Source: Phoronis australis (lineage: Eukaryota > Animalia > Phoronida). From it: a stretch of 64,000 nucleotides of DNA. This document shows positions 1-13,642 of this stretch, piece after piece. Numbering within the stretch: the stretch's first letter is position 1; each line of letters begins with the position of its first letter. The notes beneath the pieces were generated by a model, which worked only from the letters and a program-made list of their open reading frames with translations, was not told the DNA's origin and ran no database searches. The position numbers were made by a program, and so were the translations under genes. The stretch is taken from contig NMRA01000473.1 of NCBI GenBank assembly GCA_002633005.1, positions 185,471-249,470 on the forward strand, in the 5' to 3' direction.

Positions 1-90
1 GTCGACGTATTTCTTAATTTGTATGAAGGACTTGATTTGGAGGAGGTCCGTTAGGCATGTACGCCTAAAGAAAGGCATGTACGCCTAACG

Positions 91-1806
91 TAAGGGATAT
101 TTTCTTTAAAACAGTTTCATTTACTGCTTGACGTCGGTGGTTGGCAGGAAGCGATTTGAAATACACCATTAATTTTTATCCCAAGAACGTTACGACTCTG
201 ACACTTGGCCACAGTCACCTCCCCCCCCTCCCTGCATATTTCGGACCACAACCTCAGGACGGTATGAATTCTGAAAGCGATCGCTGATTGGCTGATGTGT
301 CAGTGACGTGAACGGCGGGGTATAGGCTGCTTTACACATTCATTGCTTATGTCAAATCTGAAGAGTTTACATCGTAATTTATCTTTGTATCAATCGTCCT
401 TATTTTTTATTGTTTGTCACAGTGCTGTAAAAGGTTCGCTATGCCTTTTTGTATGGCACCTGGTTGTTCAAACACTTCGAAAAAGGTGTCTTCTAAAGGG
501 ATGGTCATCGCATACCATCGCCGGGTTACCCAAGCCTTGGCCCAAAGCTCAGTGTATACTAGATATAGGCCTGGAGGTTTGAGCCGATATGGGTAAAAAT
601 GTACAAATAAAATCTGACTCAAACTAAATGTCATTAAAACTAATCTCATCCTTGAGTAAACCTAGGAACCAGGTTCCTAGAGTAAACTAACTTCTGTATT
701 TACCGATATTGGAAATGTTAGCGATCGTTCATCGGCTGCTGCTAGTAAAATTGTAATGTATTCTCTTGAGTCGGCTTTTTGCGATTACGTCACCTGACCT
801 TTACCAGTTTCTTTTCCCCTGATTCTTTTATCAAGTGTTCGTCGCTGACGGTACCTAGGTTGCGTACATGTTATAACAAATTATCGGAACTTGTTTCATT
901 TTGTTACAAGTTTTTAGTATTTTCATACCAGCAAATCGAACTTTAAACAACCTTGGTGCTGCGAAGCTGTCATCATGTCCCGAAAGACGTCTCAAATTTT
1001 TAGGAAATGGCACGTGCGCCGTGTCACGAGCGTGTTGTTTTTGAAACGACGACACACTTCGCTGTTAAAAAGGTGGCAAATTATGCTACCAAATGACGTT
1101 TATTTGATTGTTTTCCACTGATTAAACGGCTGCAACGAACAATGGGAGTGTCAGGTAACTACCACATTTTGCATGCGCCCCCGCCGGTCCGTTAGCTTTA
1201 TATCTTTATGTAGCCTAAGTTTTACGACGAGGTGACGAACACAAGTAAACTATACCCGGGTAGTCAACGGCTGTCTGAAATTTCGGGGTTAACGGAGCTC
1301 AAATAACAGTGGTAAGATAGTCTTCATGCAGCTATAGTAGGTAACTTACCAACCCTTCAAGTTTACAGAGCTGAGTATTGACTAACAGCTGGCTGACTTG
1401 CTGGCTAGAGTCCTCATTGCCCACGGCTCAGTCACACCAGTGTAAAATGTTGATACGGACTGGGTTGCACCGGCAATTTTTCGTCTGACGATGACGATGA
1501 CTGGGTATCACTTTGTGTTGCCTCGGCTCAAACAGGTATCCCTGGTGACCCCACATTTCACACTAAAATTTCTTATTCCGACAATATAAAAAACGCTTCT
1601 TGATTACACGCTAACACAGGACAGTAACTTTCAAGTGCCCTCGCCAAATACGTCACGAGGCTAAGCAGTGCTCCAAGCCGGTAATTTTTTTAGCTTCGTT
1701 AGAGAATATAAGTTTAATTTTTGTTGTGAAATATTTGTGAAATTAATCAACAATTCACAGAAAACTAACCAGAATTTATTCAGAATAAAATACAGTTCCC
1801 TTTTAA
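91..1806. mobile_element. Decayed Kolobok-like DNA transposon (THAP relic on +, KolX-like relic on -)
   Basis: Right end is CAGTTCCCTT-TTAA (TTAA 1803-1806). Left end TAAGGGA-TATTTT is a degenerate inverted match. THAP-like MPFCMAPGCSN...AYHR starts at 441 on +. GYLFEP at 1541..1524 on -, with a W|gtaagt donor near 1349. Confidence 0.5.
441..530 (+). pseudogene. THAP zinc-finger N-terminus relic
   Basis: MPFCMAPGCSNTSKKVSSKGMVIAYHR fits MxxCxxxGCxN...HR(FP). The rest of the domain is lost. Confidence 0.6.
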
Positions 1807-2176
1807 GGATAGAGTACGTTAACGTGAATGTACATAAATTCATATTCTTATTATTTGCCTTATATTGTATGCTTTTTAGTTAACAGTTTGTTGCTATATT
1901 AAACTGTATTTACTGGTGAAATTACAGTTTTGTCGGTTCTTCGCACTCTCCGCAAAAAAGTCGAATCTGCAATTCACTGAAGAGCAGACGAGACGATTAC
2001 ACTCTGACGAAAACAACATTTGTAGGGTTGGTAGGTTTCTTATTTGATTTGGTCGCGTTGTTTTTTATGTTTTTGGCTTTCTAACTTGCCAAATCGACTG
2101 CCTTAGTTGCAAAATACAGGGAAAAGCCACCCGAGCTCACAGCCCAACTTATTGGTCTTACAAGTCAGCGCTTGTT

Positions 2177-2303
2177 TTATGGTCGGAACGAGTCGAGCTT
2201 GGGTAGACTGGGTCGAAGGGGTTGTGGGTCGTGAGTCGTAGGTCGAGGGAGTTGTGGGTCGGGGGTCGAGGGGTGTGGGGGTCGAGGGGTTTCAAAACAA
2301 TCC
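2177..2303. repeat. Transposon terminus with G-rich subterminal tandem repeats (copy 1)
   Basis: GGGTCG/GTTGTG tandem units ending GGGGTTTCAAAACAATCCC. The same end occurs at 13101-13237. Confidence 0.6.
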
Positions 2304-2320
2304 CACAAAACATTGTACGT

Positions 2321-2432
2321 GTCTGGTTCAAGTGTCTCGAGTATCATACGATACAGCACTCTATGCATCTGGTTCAAGGATCTCCGGTATCATACAGCAT
2401 ACAGGATTGTATGTATCTGGTTCAAGGGGCTC
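2321..2432. repeat. ~47-bp minisatellite, ~2.5 copies
   Basis: TCTGGTTCAAG recurs three times with shared GTATCATAC...ATACAG internal sequence. Confidence 0.7.
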
Positions 2433-3159
2433 CATTAAAGAGGCATGGAACACGACTTTTGAAATACGTGCGAAGGAAAAACTGTAGTCATCACATAGGT
2501 TCTATTCTCTCTCTTGTTTATGATAAATGCGCGCATGCGCTCGTAGTCATCGCCAAGCTGCTGACTGACAAGACGGATATTAACGCCGAATCTGAGGTGG
2601 ACAGCACAGAATGAGGCAAGCCAGTGAAGCAAGCGATTTTCCAAAAACAATTCCAAGTGTATTTTAGAATATATTTGAAAACTACGACACATTTGTAACC
2701 AATTTTAAATAGTTAGATCTCATCTAAGCCACACTTAGGACAATTGCCTCTTAATTGCACTGGCTGCTGTTTGAACTCGGCATTGTTTTGCTTGCATCAA
2801 AGGTCAAATATCACATTTTTCATGTCTTTGTCTTGTCATACCAAATAAGGGTACGTGTTTTGCCTTGTGGGAGAAAAATCGCCGAAGTGACGAGCAGCTG
2901 ATAGATGACCTTTTTCTTGAAATTTAAAACTAAAAGACAATGCTTGGTCATCAACAGAATTTTTTTACGAACAAAACGCAAAAATACCTAATGAACAGGT
3001 TGAATTCTGTTTCAGTGCCAGGAAATCACTCTAAATAATGCAATTTAGTCTGCTTTTCGGTTTCCAGACCTCCTTCAAACAAAAAACACACATGACCTAA
3101 GATGGTTGCTGGAATATACGTTAGAAAACACCATTTTTATATTTGCAAGGTTCTCGATG

Positions 3160-4060
3160 TGAATGAATGAATAAATGAAACTTCGTGCCTAAGAAGCACA
3201 CAGCCTCGATGAGGCTTACAGTAATGTAGTAATTACATGATAATTAATTAATGACAACATGGAGGAACATGGAAGGATCTGTATGTACATTACTGTAACT
3301 ACACAATAATTAATTGCAACATGGAAAAACATGGAAGGATCTTTGAGGCATGCTACTCAAATGACAGCAACACAAAATTAAAATATAAAAATATTAAAAT
3401 CTTTCCAATCGTAATTCTCAATTTTTCTACATAATTACGAAGACTCAACAAATGTAAGTAAATACGGTCACTTAAATAGCGTTAGACTTAGACGTTTCTC
3501 ATAATTGTGAAGTGCACTTAATCATATTGATCGAACCAATCGCGCAACCGTTTCCTGCACAATACTCAATTATCAACGTGATTTATTTCTACTTACGTTT
3601 CCCATCGACTTAATTTAGATTTGAACATTTTTGTAAATGATTGTGTGTCCATGTTCATTTATGAAAGCCGACTCTTAGCTATAGTACCTTCACGGTATTG
3701 TATGACTGCTTGCTCGTTTGTATCTGTCCATTCTGATATAATTAGGTCTTTGATTACTTCTTGCATTGTATCTTAATGTAATTATTTGTCTTTTGGATAA
3801 CCGTGTTTATATTTTGAAACTCTTAATGGATGGTTATAAATAGGCCTTGCTTTCTCGTGAATCTGCATGGCTTTTTTGCAACACTTCGATTATCATTTGA
3901 GAGAATGAGCGGTTTAATTCACCTCGTTGCTGTATGGAGTGTTTAAGAGCATCTATGATCTTGCGAATGAGAGTCGATTCCAGTTCTTCACAAAGCATGC
4001 TTGACTGGAATTCCTCATTCCGCTACAATTCGCTGTTGAGTCGAAAACAGGTTTGGGTTT
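3160..4060 (-). mobile_element. Highly decayed 3' end of a non-LTR retrotransposon (RTE-X/CR1-like)
   Basis: Minus strand gives ELESTLIRKII...RGELNR, resembling the A.RGELGR C-terminal LINE motif. (ATTC)n-like tail at ~3162-3180. Confidence 0.4.
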
Positions 4061-7000
4061 CATCACATGGATTAAAATGCTACAAAATCACGTCCGGGCG
4101 ATTTCACTGTTGCTAGTGTAAAACCAGTGTGAGATAAAAGCCTAAGTTAGCAATAAATTTTCCGCACAAAGTGGTGACGGTGATTCGTCGATTAACTTGT
4201 GTTAATCAGGCTTTCTGATTTTGCATTTACTGCGTTCACATGTAGAATTTTTATAAAAAGGCAGATCCTACGCATAATTGCAGGCGTTCAAAAAGAGGGC
4301 ATATTTGCCCTCTTGCGAGTAATTAATGCATCGTAAATGTGCAAAATGGCCAATCACGTGCAATCACCTTGGGCGACAAATGCTTTGCTAAAAACCGCGC
4401 ATTTGCAATTGAGGCTTTACACAGGAAGAGTCTGGCGTTTGGAGGACCATTACGGTCCTTAAAACCACCATTTACCTTGATTTGACAAGTGAATACATTA
4501 TCAGCATCATTAAACCTTCCTTTATATCATTGCATGTCACAATGGACAGTAGATATACTGTGACGAACTACAAAAAACGCCGAGTGTAAAAAAGAAACGC
4601 GTAACATAGAACGCTCTTAGGTGGAGAGCCGATCCAGAAACAATTATTGAAGGAATGAAGAGGAATCACAGACAACCAGAAATAGAAAAGGGGACGTATG
4701 AACGCGAAACATTAAAGCGCGGAGGACTTATAGCGTGGAGAAATGGTGGTTAAGGGAGAATCGAAGGCAGTGTACAAGTAATTTCAAAATCCACCTACAG
4801 GCGTCAAAAATAATAGACCTGAGTTTCACATTGTGCGAGTTCAATAAACGTTGAAAATTCTGTGCTCAAGGTGATACGCTGGGCTTCCGGCGTACCTCTA
4901 ATTTTACCACTACAGGACTAAGATTGAACTACTTTCTTAATTTATATTGGGAAGATTGAATTCACGACCAAGGGATATATGGAGGTAGGTGCCTGTGCTG
5001 GTGATGCCCCGGAGAGATGGGACAACTTGTTCGAGGGACAGAGTTCCTGTTGCTGAAGACAAACTATACTCCTTTACGGTCTTACACATTGAGCTTAACC
5101 CAGTTGATCTCACAGCCTATTCTAAGGGATGGAGTCAGCGACATCAAGAAACACTACTCCTCCAAGTTATGCGATGAAACTTGCGATATTTCTGACGATA
5201 AAAATGATAGTGGTTCCCAAACAAAACAAGATTTTTAAAACTTCGGAAGACAGTATACAAATGGAATTGCAATGTTATAAATTTCTAGTTTGTCTCTATC
5301 GTTTACATGTCGTTGTACATTAATGTTTGTGAAAGGTTTGTGACAAGTATAAAATTTTATGTACTGCGAGATGACGCTTTATTCTAACTGCTATGATTTA
5401 ATAACCAGGCCAAGTACCAGTAATAACTATTTGTAATGAAGTCAGTTTTTTGATGAGTAATGTTCGTTCATTACAACGACACTGTATAAGCTCATTATAA
5501 AACTTCTTAATTATCAAATAATATCCTTGACTACCTGCAGTGACACTTTCATGTTTTAATGAATGGACTAGCTGTTCTGGTCACAGCTGATGTTCATTAG
5601 TTAATTGATGCAATATAACACAAATTAATCAATGAACTGTATAACTTTTATAAAAAAGGACACATCACATCAATTGATCACTGACCACCCATGCAGAACC
5701 CGATGATTTAACTTTAATCAACAGGAGGATTACTAGTGAATATAAAGTTTCAAAACAACTTCATTAGGGATGCCAAGCGACTACAGAAGATAACAGTTTA
5801 CGAGTGCCGGAAGTAAATTATCCAGCGCTGTCCATTTGAAGATTATCAGTGTCCAGAAATCCAACGATCTACAGACATATATTTAGGTGACCTTGGGAGG
5901 TTCTATCTCCCCGAAAAGGTCTAAGCAAAAGGTCAACAAGATGTTGGCAGTCGCGACAGTTAAGGACGTATGTTTGACTGTGGCGAAGGCAATATACTAA
6001 ATATTTCGAAAGTGCTGAACATGAGTAGTAAGACGGTGATGGAAATGATGGGAGTGGGGGTCAACTGGAGGTACAGGTAATGATGGGAGTGGGGGTCAAC
6101 TGGAGGTACACGAATCCATACTTCCAACTCCGTGTGGCTTGGAAGTTGCGTCTCCCCAACATTTAGTGGAAATTTGACCTGATTATCATCGTCTTCTCAA
6201 TATTGTGTTAGATGGGCAGTATAACTTGCTTGGTAGAAATCGCCAGATCTTGCAGGTTTAATAGCCTTCCAAAGTTCCTGAGAAGAATGGGGAGATTAAA
6301 AACTTTAATCAGGGGGAACCTCATGCTGAGGTATCCCCTTAAGTTTTAATCAGATGATTAGTACAATGGGCCAAATTGTGAGGGCTAAACACGCCAGGTG
6401 CATCACTGAGGATACCAGGTCACCTTTCTGTTTTTGTTGGTTTTTTTGCTTAACAAAAAAGATTGCATGTAGCCTGATGCCTTTTGCGGTACATCAGGCG
6501 TGTGTAGGCCACAAGGCACGGCCGTTACTCTAATGTAATGGGCCCGGCCTTTGCTCTACAAGCCCGGCGGCATCTGTAATTCAGCGTCGCACTGATTCCT
6601 TCATTTTTAGAACTCATGAAACTCGGACTGACATCGTGTAGCTAGTGTCGCTGTTCTAAACCCAACATACTTCTCAGTAATGAAGGTTTGTCTAAGAGAT
6701 TATTGTTCAAAATATCTCGTCTAGTGAAACTGATCTCAAATTTAATCGTTTTTGTGAATCCTCGCGACCGCCGGGTTTATGTCCTCAGTCGCGCACTATA
6801 ACAAAGTGACGAGGATGTAGTTTTTGCATACCTGTACGGAACCATACACCATACAAGGCCGTGTGGTGATGACAGAGCACCATCGTTTGGATTAAGTTCA
6901 TGATCTCGTGTCGCGAATCCCCTCTCGGCGATTTTCAATACCAACGCTTATGCCCATGCATGAATAGGGCAGTGTTGATCTCACTTTAAAAGAACAGTTA

Positions 7001-8547
7001 CCAATTGCCCAGGCAACGCATTCCGTTTTCAGAGCAAGCATTTCTGGCGTTGGGAGAGATTTTCGTTTGTTATACGTTTAAGGCTAAAAAACTTAGGTTA
7101 CCCTTTGAAAAGTCAATTTGAATACATGAAAAAGAGCTACACACAAATCTAAAGGTATGATGTTTTTATAGCACTCTATTTTATGTGTAAATTCATTTTT
7201 GTGTTTACGTGAGTAGGCATGACGTGGTTTGACCAATTGGTTTTGTCACTTTTACGGCTGCATTGCTACCCTTACCCCCACTCCATATCTCGGAAAAGAA
7301 AACACCCCTGTGGAAAGTGTTACGAGTCCAACATTTGTTCTCAGGGGAAATCATGCCGACTTAATTTCGTAAAAATTCGTGGATTTCATCTTCCTGATTC
7401 TCAGCTAACAAAAACGTAGGCGTTTGAAATTATATTATTGGCTTTGCTCATCATTTTCCAAATATGTTAAGGCTTGGTAATTTTCAAGGGCTTGACAAAG
7501 TACTGAGGAAAACCAAAAGAAGAATAAGAAACCCACAATAGAAATAGCCTCATATCCTGAGAGCCCGATATTAATAAGTTAACTCTCCATTTCCTTAGAT
7601 GACAATTAAGTGCATTGGTTTTATCCGATTTTTTTAATTTGTTTTTTTTTTTACTCTGGACTACATCGCTTTATTTTTGAGTTTGTTTTTTGCCATCTAA
7701 TCCACATTATACTCACCCCAAACACCTCCCACTCCTTCCATAACGCATCTATTACGCAGCCCTCTGATGACTTCAACTTTTTTATACAAATGTCTTGCTT
7801 CGCTTTCCGATCTTCACTTCACGGCATTGAAAGTTACGCGAGATTAACATATCCAATGAACATTCTATCGACAATGACTGTTTGCTGTGTTAAGTGACTG
7901 TAAATAACTACTGAGGAAAGCGCATTCTCTGGTAACCAACTCATCGAGAAATTCAATAAATTCTCTAAGCGATCACTTGGCAGCCCTGCATATTTAGCTC
8001 TTTATCCCAGGTTTTGTCACTACCCTAGCGGTGAGAATGTAAAGCATGGTACAGCACATAATAGCAATTACTGATGCAGGATAGTGAACGGGTGGACAAT
8101 TGGACTGATGAAAAAAGACATGTAACCGACAGTGGGCAGCTTAGAAGTAGTTTAGTAGCATTTCACGCGGTGCATGACAGCTTCAGGTATCAAGGTCATT
8201 ATTTTCGGAATGCAAAAAGCTATTTTCAACAATTCAAATCGGGTTTATGGGTACTTAGCTGGCCCGGGAATCCACCCCGGGCAAATCAAACCAAAAATAC
8301 TCTATAGAGCAATCTGAGCATTACAGTCCATCCACATTCATGAGAGCTAGGTGGGGCAACAAGCGAGTTTCTCAAAACAAGAAAAGAATTAGAGACATAT
8401 ACCGCGTCGTCTATTTGATCATACAGTTCTAGCCCTGGAATGCCAGTTTCCGCAAGTGACCATTGAATTCCATTATTAGAACTTGTGACCCCGTTACATG
8501 AAATTTTAAAAATCCAATCCAATATTTTGTGTTGCTCACAGCGAATA

Positions 8548-8913
8548 TCGTACTTGCCAGTTGTCCCGCTCTTGGCTGAATATCCCACTTTTTTAATTTT
8601 CCCGCCATCCAGCCACACCATCAAAATGTCCCGCGACACAGAGCGACACTGACATACTATCATATTTGTTTCATTGGTTTTTGATGCACCCGCAGCTGCC
8701 CATTCGACTTCAAAACCAAAAAACGCCGTTGGGAACTTGTGGGTGAAACGTCTCTCATTCGACAAATAACACTGGCGCGACGTTTATGTGTGCTGCGTCG
8801 AACATTTCACTTTTGCGTTTTCGCAAGGACCCAGATGTCCCGCATTTTATCTGAAAGTCCCGCTTTTCAACCCAGTTGTCTCGTTTTTTCATTCTCGAAT
8901 GTTGGCAACCATG
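8548..8913. mobile_element. hAT-like MITE
   Basis: Right end TGTTGGCAACCATG. Degenerate left end TTGCCAGTTGTCCCGC. Repeated GTCCCGC subterminal motifs at both ends. Confidence 0.5.
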
Positions 8914-9639
8914 GAGCAGGCGTTCATTTGTGTCTTTGTCATAAATATTTTTTATTTTCCAGAGTCCACTTTCTTTAGTGACATGACAATCGTAAAAATG
9001 TGTTCCAATGTCTCTTGTTTACGGTAACACTCACTGCGTGTATCAGGATCACTAACTTTTACATTCTGAAAAAATGAGTTTACTTACAAACTATTATGAA
9101 TAGTCCTACATGTAAACTGCGACCTATGCAATGATCTGTCCACAGTACATTTCAAAGATACTTAATAGATGCTTTCTCACTATTTATCTACCAGAAAGCC
9201 GTTATCTGCAAATTTTGGACAGATAGTTGGAGTAACTAGTTTTTGTAAATGTTAATGCATCCTGAATTATTATTGAAGAACTGTATCAAACGTCACCAAA
9301 GGTCAACTAATATATAAAGATAAATAAGTTTGCATGAATCCCTGACTGAATTCCTCCCACCAACTGTGGAGGATCCATATTCTAAAATCTTTGTCTTGAT
9401 AGGGTGCAAATCTTTTGAATCGTTAAAATTATTTCCTTGCTGGTTTAATTCGTTCGTTTCCTTTTTATGTTATTATTACACCCTGTTATTTTTTACATTT
9501 TCGTAACACTCTTGGTTTTTACAACTAAAAAAATAGTTTTAAACCGGCTAAATATGTGAAATGATAACTATTTATGAATTGAATGATTTAGCTTTTGCTT
9601 TTGTTATAATCATAAAGAGAACTGTCTAATGATGACTCT

Positions 9640-11960
9640 TATGCAATTCGGTTGAAAAACGGCGGAGTTGCGAAATTTTTAGTGACACTAAGTTCACAAA
9701 TAACCAACACCGGAACAAACGAATGCAACGCATGTGCTGTGCTACCTCAGCAGCGCGAGATCGAAGTTGACATTCCAGGGCTAGAGTCCTATGATTTGAT
9801 GTACATGTATTTGAGTCATTGCTTGCCGACAAAACGAAAGAGACCAATTGAAGTGCAAACTCGAAACAATAGTCATTGGATCCGGAGTTTTATGAGCTTT
9901 AAAACATAGGTGTCGTGAGTTTTTTGAACTGTCAATTTAATTTTGCAAATTTCCACTTCATTCGTAGGTGTACTTCTCAAACGTCACGTTTAACCTTGCT
10001 TACTTCCTAGTAGTTTCCAAGGGAAATTAGCGAAAAACGACTAAATGTTGAAATTTAGAGTTCAAGAACACTTATTATAATCAAAAAAAAGTAGTGTCTT
10101 AAATATTTAAGTGAATAACAGGCCACAGCCACATTTAATAGAGAGGTTTTGGAGACGGCTGGTTACCCGAGCTGGAACCATACGTAAGCATTCGCCACGT
10201 CACTATGACGTTTTCTTAGTACCCGCTTCAGGAGGGCTCAGTGGCTGCAGCTGGTATAACTGATTCCTTTCTTCAGGCTTCGCACTTAACTCGAACAAGC
10301 TATGCACATCAGGTGGCAGCTGTCTATAGCAAAGCTCCAGGAAGAAGCATTTCTTATTGCGGGAAGTGAAGGTGCTGTTTTGGACCAACAGCCTTTCTCC
10401 GGCTAGCAAATAAATTCTGAAGGGTTATCTTACATGTCCAATTACTGATCTTGATGTTCGTCCATCCTCGCCGTGAATGCTGTTTGTCGCTGTACATTTA
10501 TGTCCTTGAATCTCGCGTGCAATATTTCTTTGCTCTTGACTTTCAAAATTATGCAAGATGGGCCCTTGTCCACATTAAATTCATGAGAGCTTTGCCAGCT
10601 AACGTACGAGAGCAGCTGAAGTAACACTGGGTGTTTTCTAAGACACGGCACAGATTCTGTGCTATTCTAATTGACCAGGCGCATGAACAAAATCATGTCT
10701 TAGACAAAGACAATGATGGAGCTACTGGCTGAACTGAAAATTCAAACGCTTTGACAAGGTGAACGGTGTTTGGGCCCGTGCTAGCCAGGTTGCTGAGTGA
10801 GTTTGAATGTCAGTATGGTTTTGAAGACAGTAGTGAGGTGGCAAGCCACCATGAAGACAGTCTATCCTTCCAAAACAAAACCATGTGAACAATTTGTGTT
10901 AATTTCAACCAAGGGAAATCCTTTCCTTGACCAGGGCGATGAACTTTTGACGACAGACTTACAGAGATGTATTGATAGCGCTACAAGTCTTTAGACTGTT
11001 GAAGTGACTGGAAAACAGCAATGTGACACCTATAAGCAAGCAGCGTGTCCTAATTGAAAAAATCACAATCAATAAAGACTCATATCAAGAAAAACAAGTT
11101 CGTTGTTTTCAAAACAGCTATTGAGAAGACAAAAAGAGTGACTCAGCATCGCATGTATGACATCAAGAAAGACTGCACCTTATTTAGTCAGCTTTGCATA
11201 GCTAGTCAAGTTCGAGAAGCTAACCTGGGTGATTTATTTAGGCATGAGAATCATCCTTGGCCACTATCCCTGAGCCATAACAGCAGCCTCTGTTTACCTT
11301 CACATAAGTCACAGTTGCTCAACATTTCGGAATTTCCTCAACCAGATGTTCCTGAATCATTCGATGTCAAAGTCATTGATGGACCAACTATTGCGCATAG
11401 TTTATCTCCAAACGAATCGGTAACATTCAGTCAGTTCAGTGAAAACTTTGCGAAGTCGGCACATTTCAACCTTCACAAGTGCAGTAGAGTTTACATTGTG
11501 TTTGATGTTTACACTGAAGACAGCTTGAAGTTCACCGCAAGACCTGCAAGAAGCTCTGGTGGTCTTACCAAAGTTTCACCCCAAACGCGACTGCCTCTGA
11601 ACTTCCAGACTTTCTTGCAAAACTCGAAGAATAAATAGGAATTATGCATGTTGTTAGCTGAAGATATCTCAGTAATCGCCTGTCCTCCAGGAAAACACTT
11701 GTATGTTACCCACGATCTACTCTTTAGTCTGGTTCTGAATGACGCAGTGCAATCATGCAGGAGGCGGGCACCCGTATGAGCTTGCATATTGCGGACTCTT
11801 TGTTCAAAGGTAACCAGAGAAGTCTGGGTACTAAAGTGAGCACTGATGCTGAGGTCAATTTTTTGGTGTTTTTGATCAGCTTAAGGCTAACAGGGTCATT
11901 GGTAACAGCTCGTGGAACTATTTCCGTGACAATCCGCTATTTCAGATCATGTCCTTACGC
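9640..11960 (+). pseudogene. Academ (AcademX-type) transposase / XPG-like nuclease pseudogene
   Basis: Collinear motifs across frameshifts and stops: DSFLQASHLTRTSYAHQV (~10262), YFFALDFQNYARWALVHI (~10523), IDQAHEQN (10670), GPVLARLLSEFE, GNPF, LFRHENHPWPLSLS, VIDG, VFDVY..DSLK, FLQNSKNK, EAGTR..LH. Confidence 0.8.
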
Positions 11961-12016
11961 CACGTTCTGTTTTTAACCACTAGATTTGAGCCAGAGCAGA
12001 TTCGCGTGCAGGTAAG

Positions 12017-12889
12017 TGTTAGAATAAATATTGATTATTAAGTGATTAGTAGACATAGTTCCATTTTAAGTTGTGCAAAATTTGTGCATATGTACTTTTA
12101 AACCATGGGTCAAACTAGTTTACGTGTATTTTTGTCGTCAACCTCTATTTTAGATGATGTTCAATGCTTTGGTTCTGGGATCAAAGCACTCTAAAGCTTA
12201 TAGAAATTATTGAGAGCAAATCTTAACAACTAATGATATGATTAGATCAGATCGTGCGGTTTTTATTAGCCAATCGTTAAGTAAGTACATTATCATAATT
12301 TAGGAAGTAGTATTTGAAGCTAGATAACTTGTTATAGTGTACAGAGGAAATTCTAGAACACAGCCATCTCGTGGAACATTCTAAAGAGGATCTTGTCAAC
12401 GGCAAGGGTTAACGAACGAGAAGCTAACTAAGATCTTGTCACTTGCATCGTGAGTTCTAAGAAACTGCCTGAAAGTGTTGCGTCACGAGAGACTGTGACC
12501 AGCACGAGGAATCCTGGGTAGAAGATACTGCCTGCAAGTATTGCGTTACGAAAGACTGTGACCAACAAGAAAAATCGTGGGTAGAAGATACTGCGTGGAA
12601 GTGTTGTGTCAGGAGAGACTGTGACCTGCAAGAGGAATCGTGGGTAGAAAATAGTGCCTGCAAGTGTTGCGTCACGAAGGACTGTGACCAGCACGTACAC
12701 AGTGTTCGCAGTACAGTGTGTGTTAGTTCGAAGATTCATCAACACGATTGTCATACAACAAGTGGAGTCCTACAGCTTGGATAGCAGATAAGACGTTTGA
12801 TTATTTATAGTTAATTGATTGAAGTAATCCTTACAGAGGGCGCTAGCGTAGTTACTCTTCTTCATTGTTAGTATACTTAATTAATAACA
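12017..12889. mobile_element. Candidate solo LTR containing a 63-bp minisatellite
   Basis: Bounded by TGTTA...TAACA. Internal 63-bp repeats. No convincing TSD. Confidence 0.4.
12464..12694. repeat. 63-bp minisatellite, ~3.7 copies
   Basis: Units start at 12464, 12527, 12590 and 12653 (ACTGCCTG.AAGTGTTGCGTCACG...GACTGTGACC...TGGGTAGAAGAT). Confidence 0.9.
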
Positions 12890-13100
12890 GGTTTCACTTG
12901 TTTTAATTAGTGGTTATCATATAGTAAATTAATTACTGGATTGAATCATTCTCACTCAATCTACGCACAATCTCAAAGCATAGCTACCTTTTAAACAAAC
13001 CCAGTCATCTTCTGACCGTGGGTCTTACGGGAAAGTCACTCAGCGACGTAATATGATTAATGCGAAATGTGTGAAAAGCACATTTATACATCTATTGCCG

Positions 13101-13237
13101 CAGGTCGTGGGCGTTGTGGGTCGTGGAGGTTGTGGGTCGTGGGCGTTGTGGGTCGTGGAGGTTGTGGGTTGAGGAGGTCTTGGGTCGAGCGTTCGGGGGT
13201 CGTGGGGTGTGGAGGTCAAGGGGTTTTAGAACAATCC
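13101..13237. repeat. Transposon terminus with G-rich subterminal tandem repeats (copy 2)
   Basis: (GGTCGTGG/GGTTGTG)n ending GGGGTTTTAGAACAATCC. Homologous to 2177-2303 and in the same orientation. Confidence 0.6.
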
Positions 13238-13563
13238 TTGTCAAACTGAGACATGCGCTTTGATGTCCACACATGGATTTCTGTGTGCCGGTCATCATCT
13301 TTTCGCAGAGTTGTACAGGTTACCCTGCAACAAAGAGTACCTTAGTCGCCAGGCCTATACAACTTCTATTAGCACCAGAGTCTGGCGAATATCTCGAAAT
13401 GAGGCCATTTGGTCAAACTTTTACCATGCTGATTTACGCTCTGATTTATTTGCGAACTTCAACATTTTAAATTAACAATTACTTTTCTTATTTTCTTAAG
13501 TGTGAGTCGAGTTTGAGTTCGAAGATTTGACCCACATGTGTACAACCGATCGCGTCACTGCAT

Positions 13564-13642
13564 CATTGGAGCGGATTTGAGCAATGAAAAAGTGGGGAGC
13601 TATAGCCCCCTCCCCCCAGTCCCCTATGGTGAGCCGCCCATG
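13564..13642. mobile_element. Short hAT-like MITE related to the pair at 38380-38528
   Basis: Shares TGAAAAA.TGGGG.GC.ATAGCCC...CCCTATGGTG.GCCGCCCATG with 38455-38528. Confidence 0.55.

Noticed and set aside
6044-6110. 34-bp perfect tandem duplication
   Set aside because: A simple local duplication with no further structure.
6450-7576. Possible second HINE on the minus strand
   Set aside because: The 5' architecture is similar but I could not find a matching 3' subTIR and hairpin, so I did not call it.
8286-8765. 159-aa minus-strand ORF
   Set aside because: It crosses the boundary of a MITE and has no recognisable domain.
12428-12754. Minus-strand ORFs with 21-aa repeats
   Set aside because: They result from the 63-bp minisatellite. 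The plus-strand frames contain stops and no domain is recognisable.
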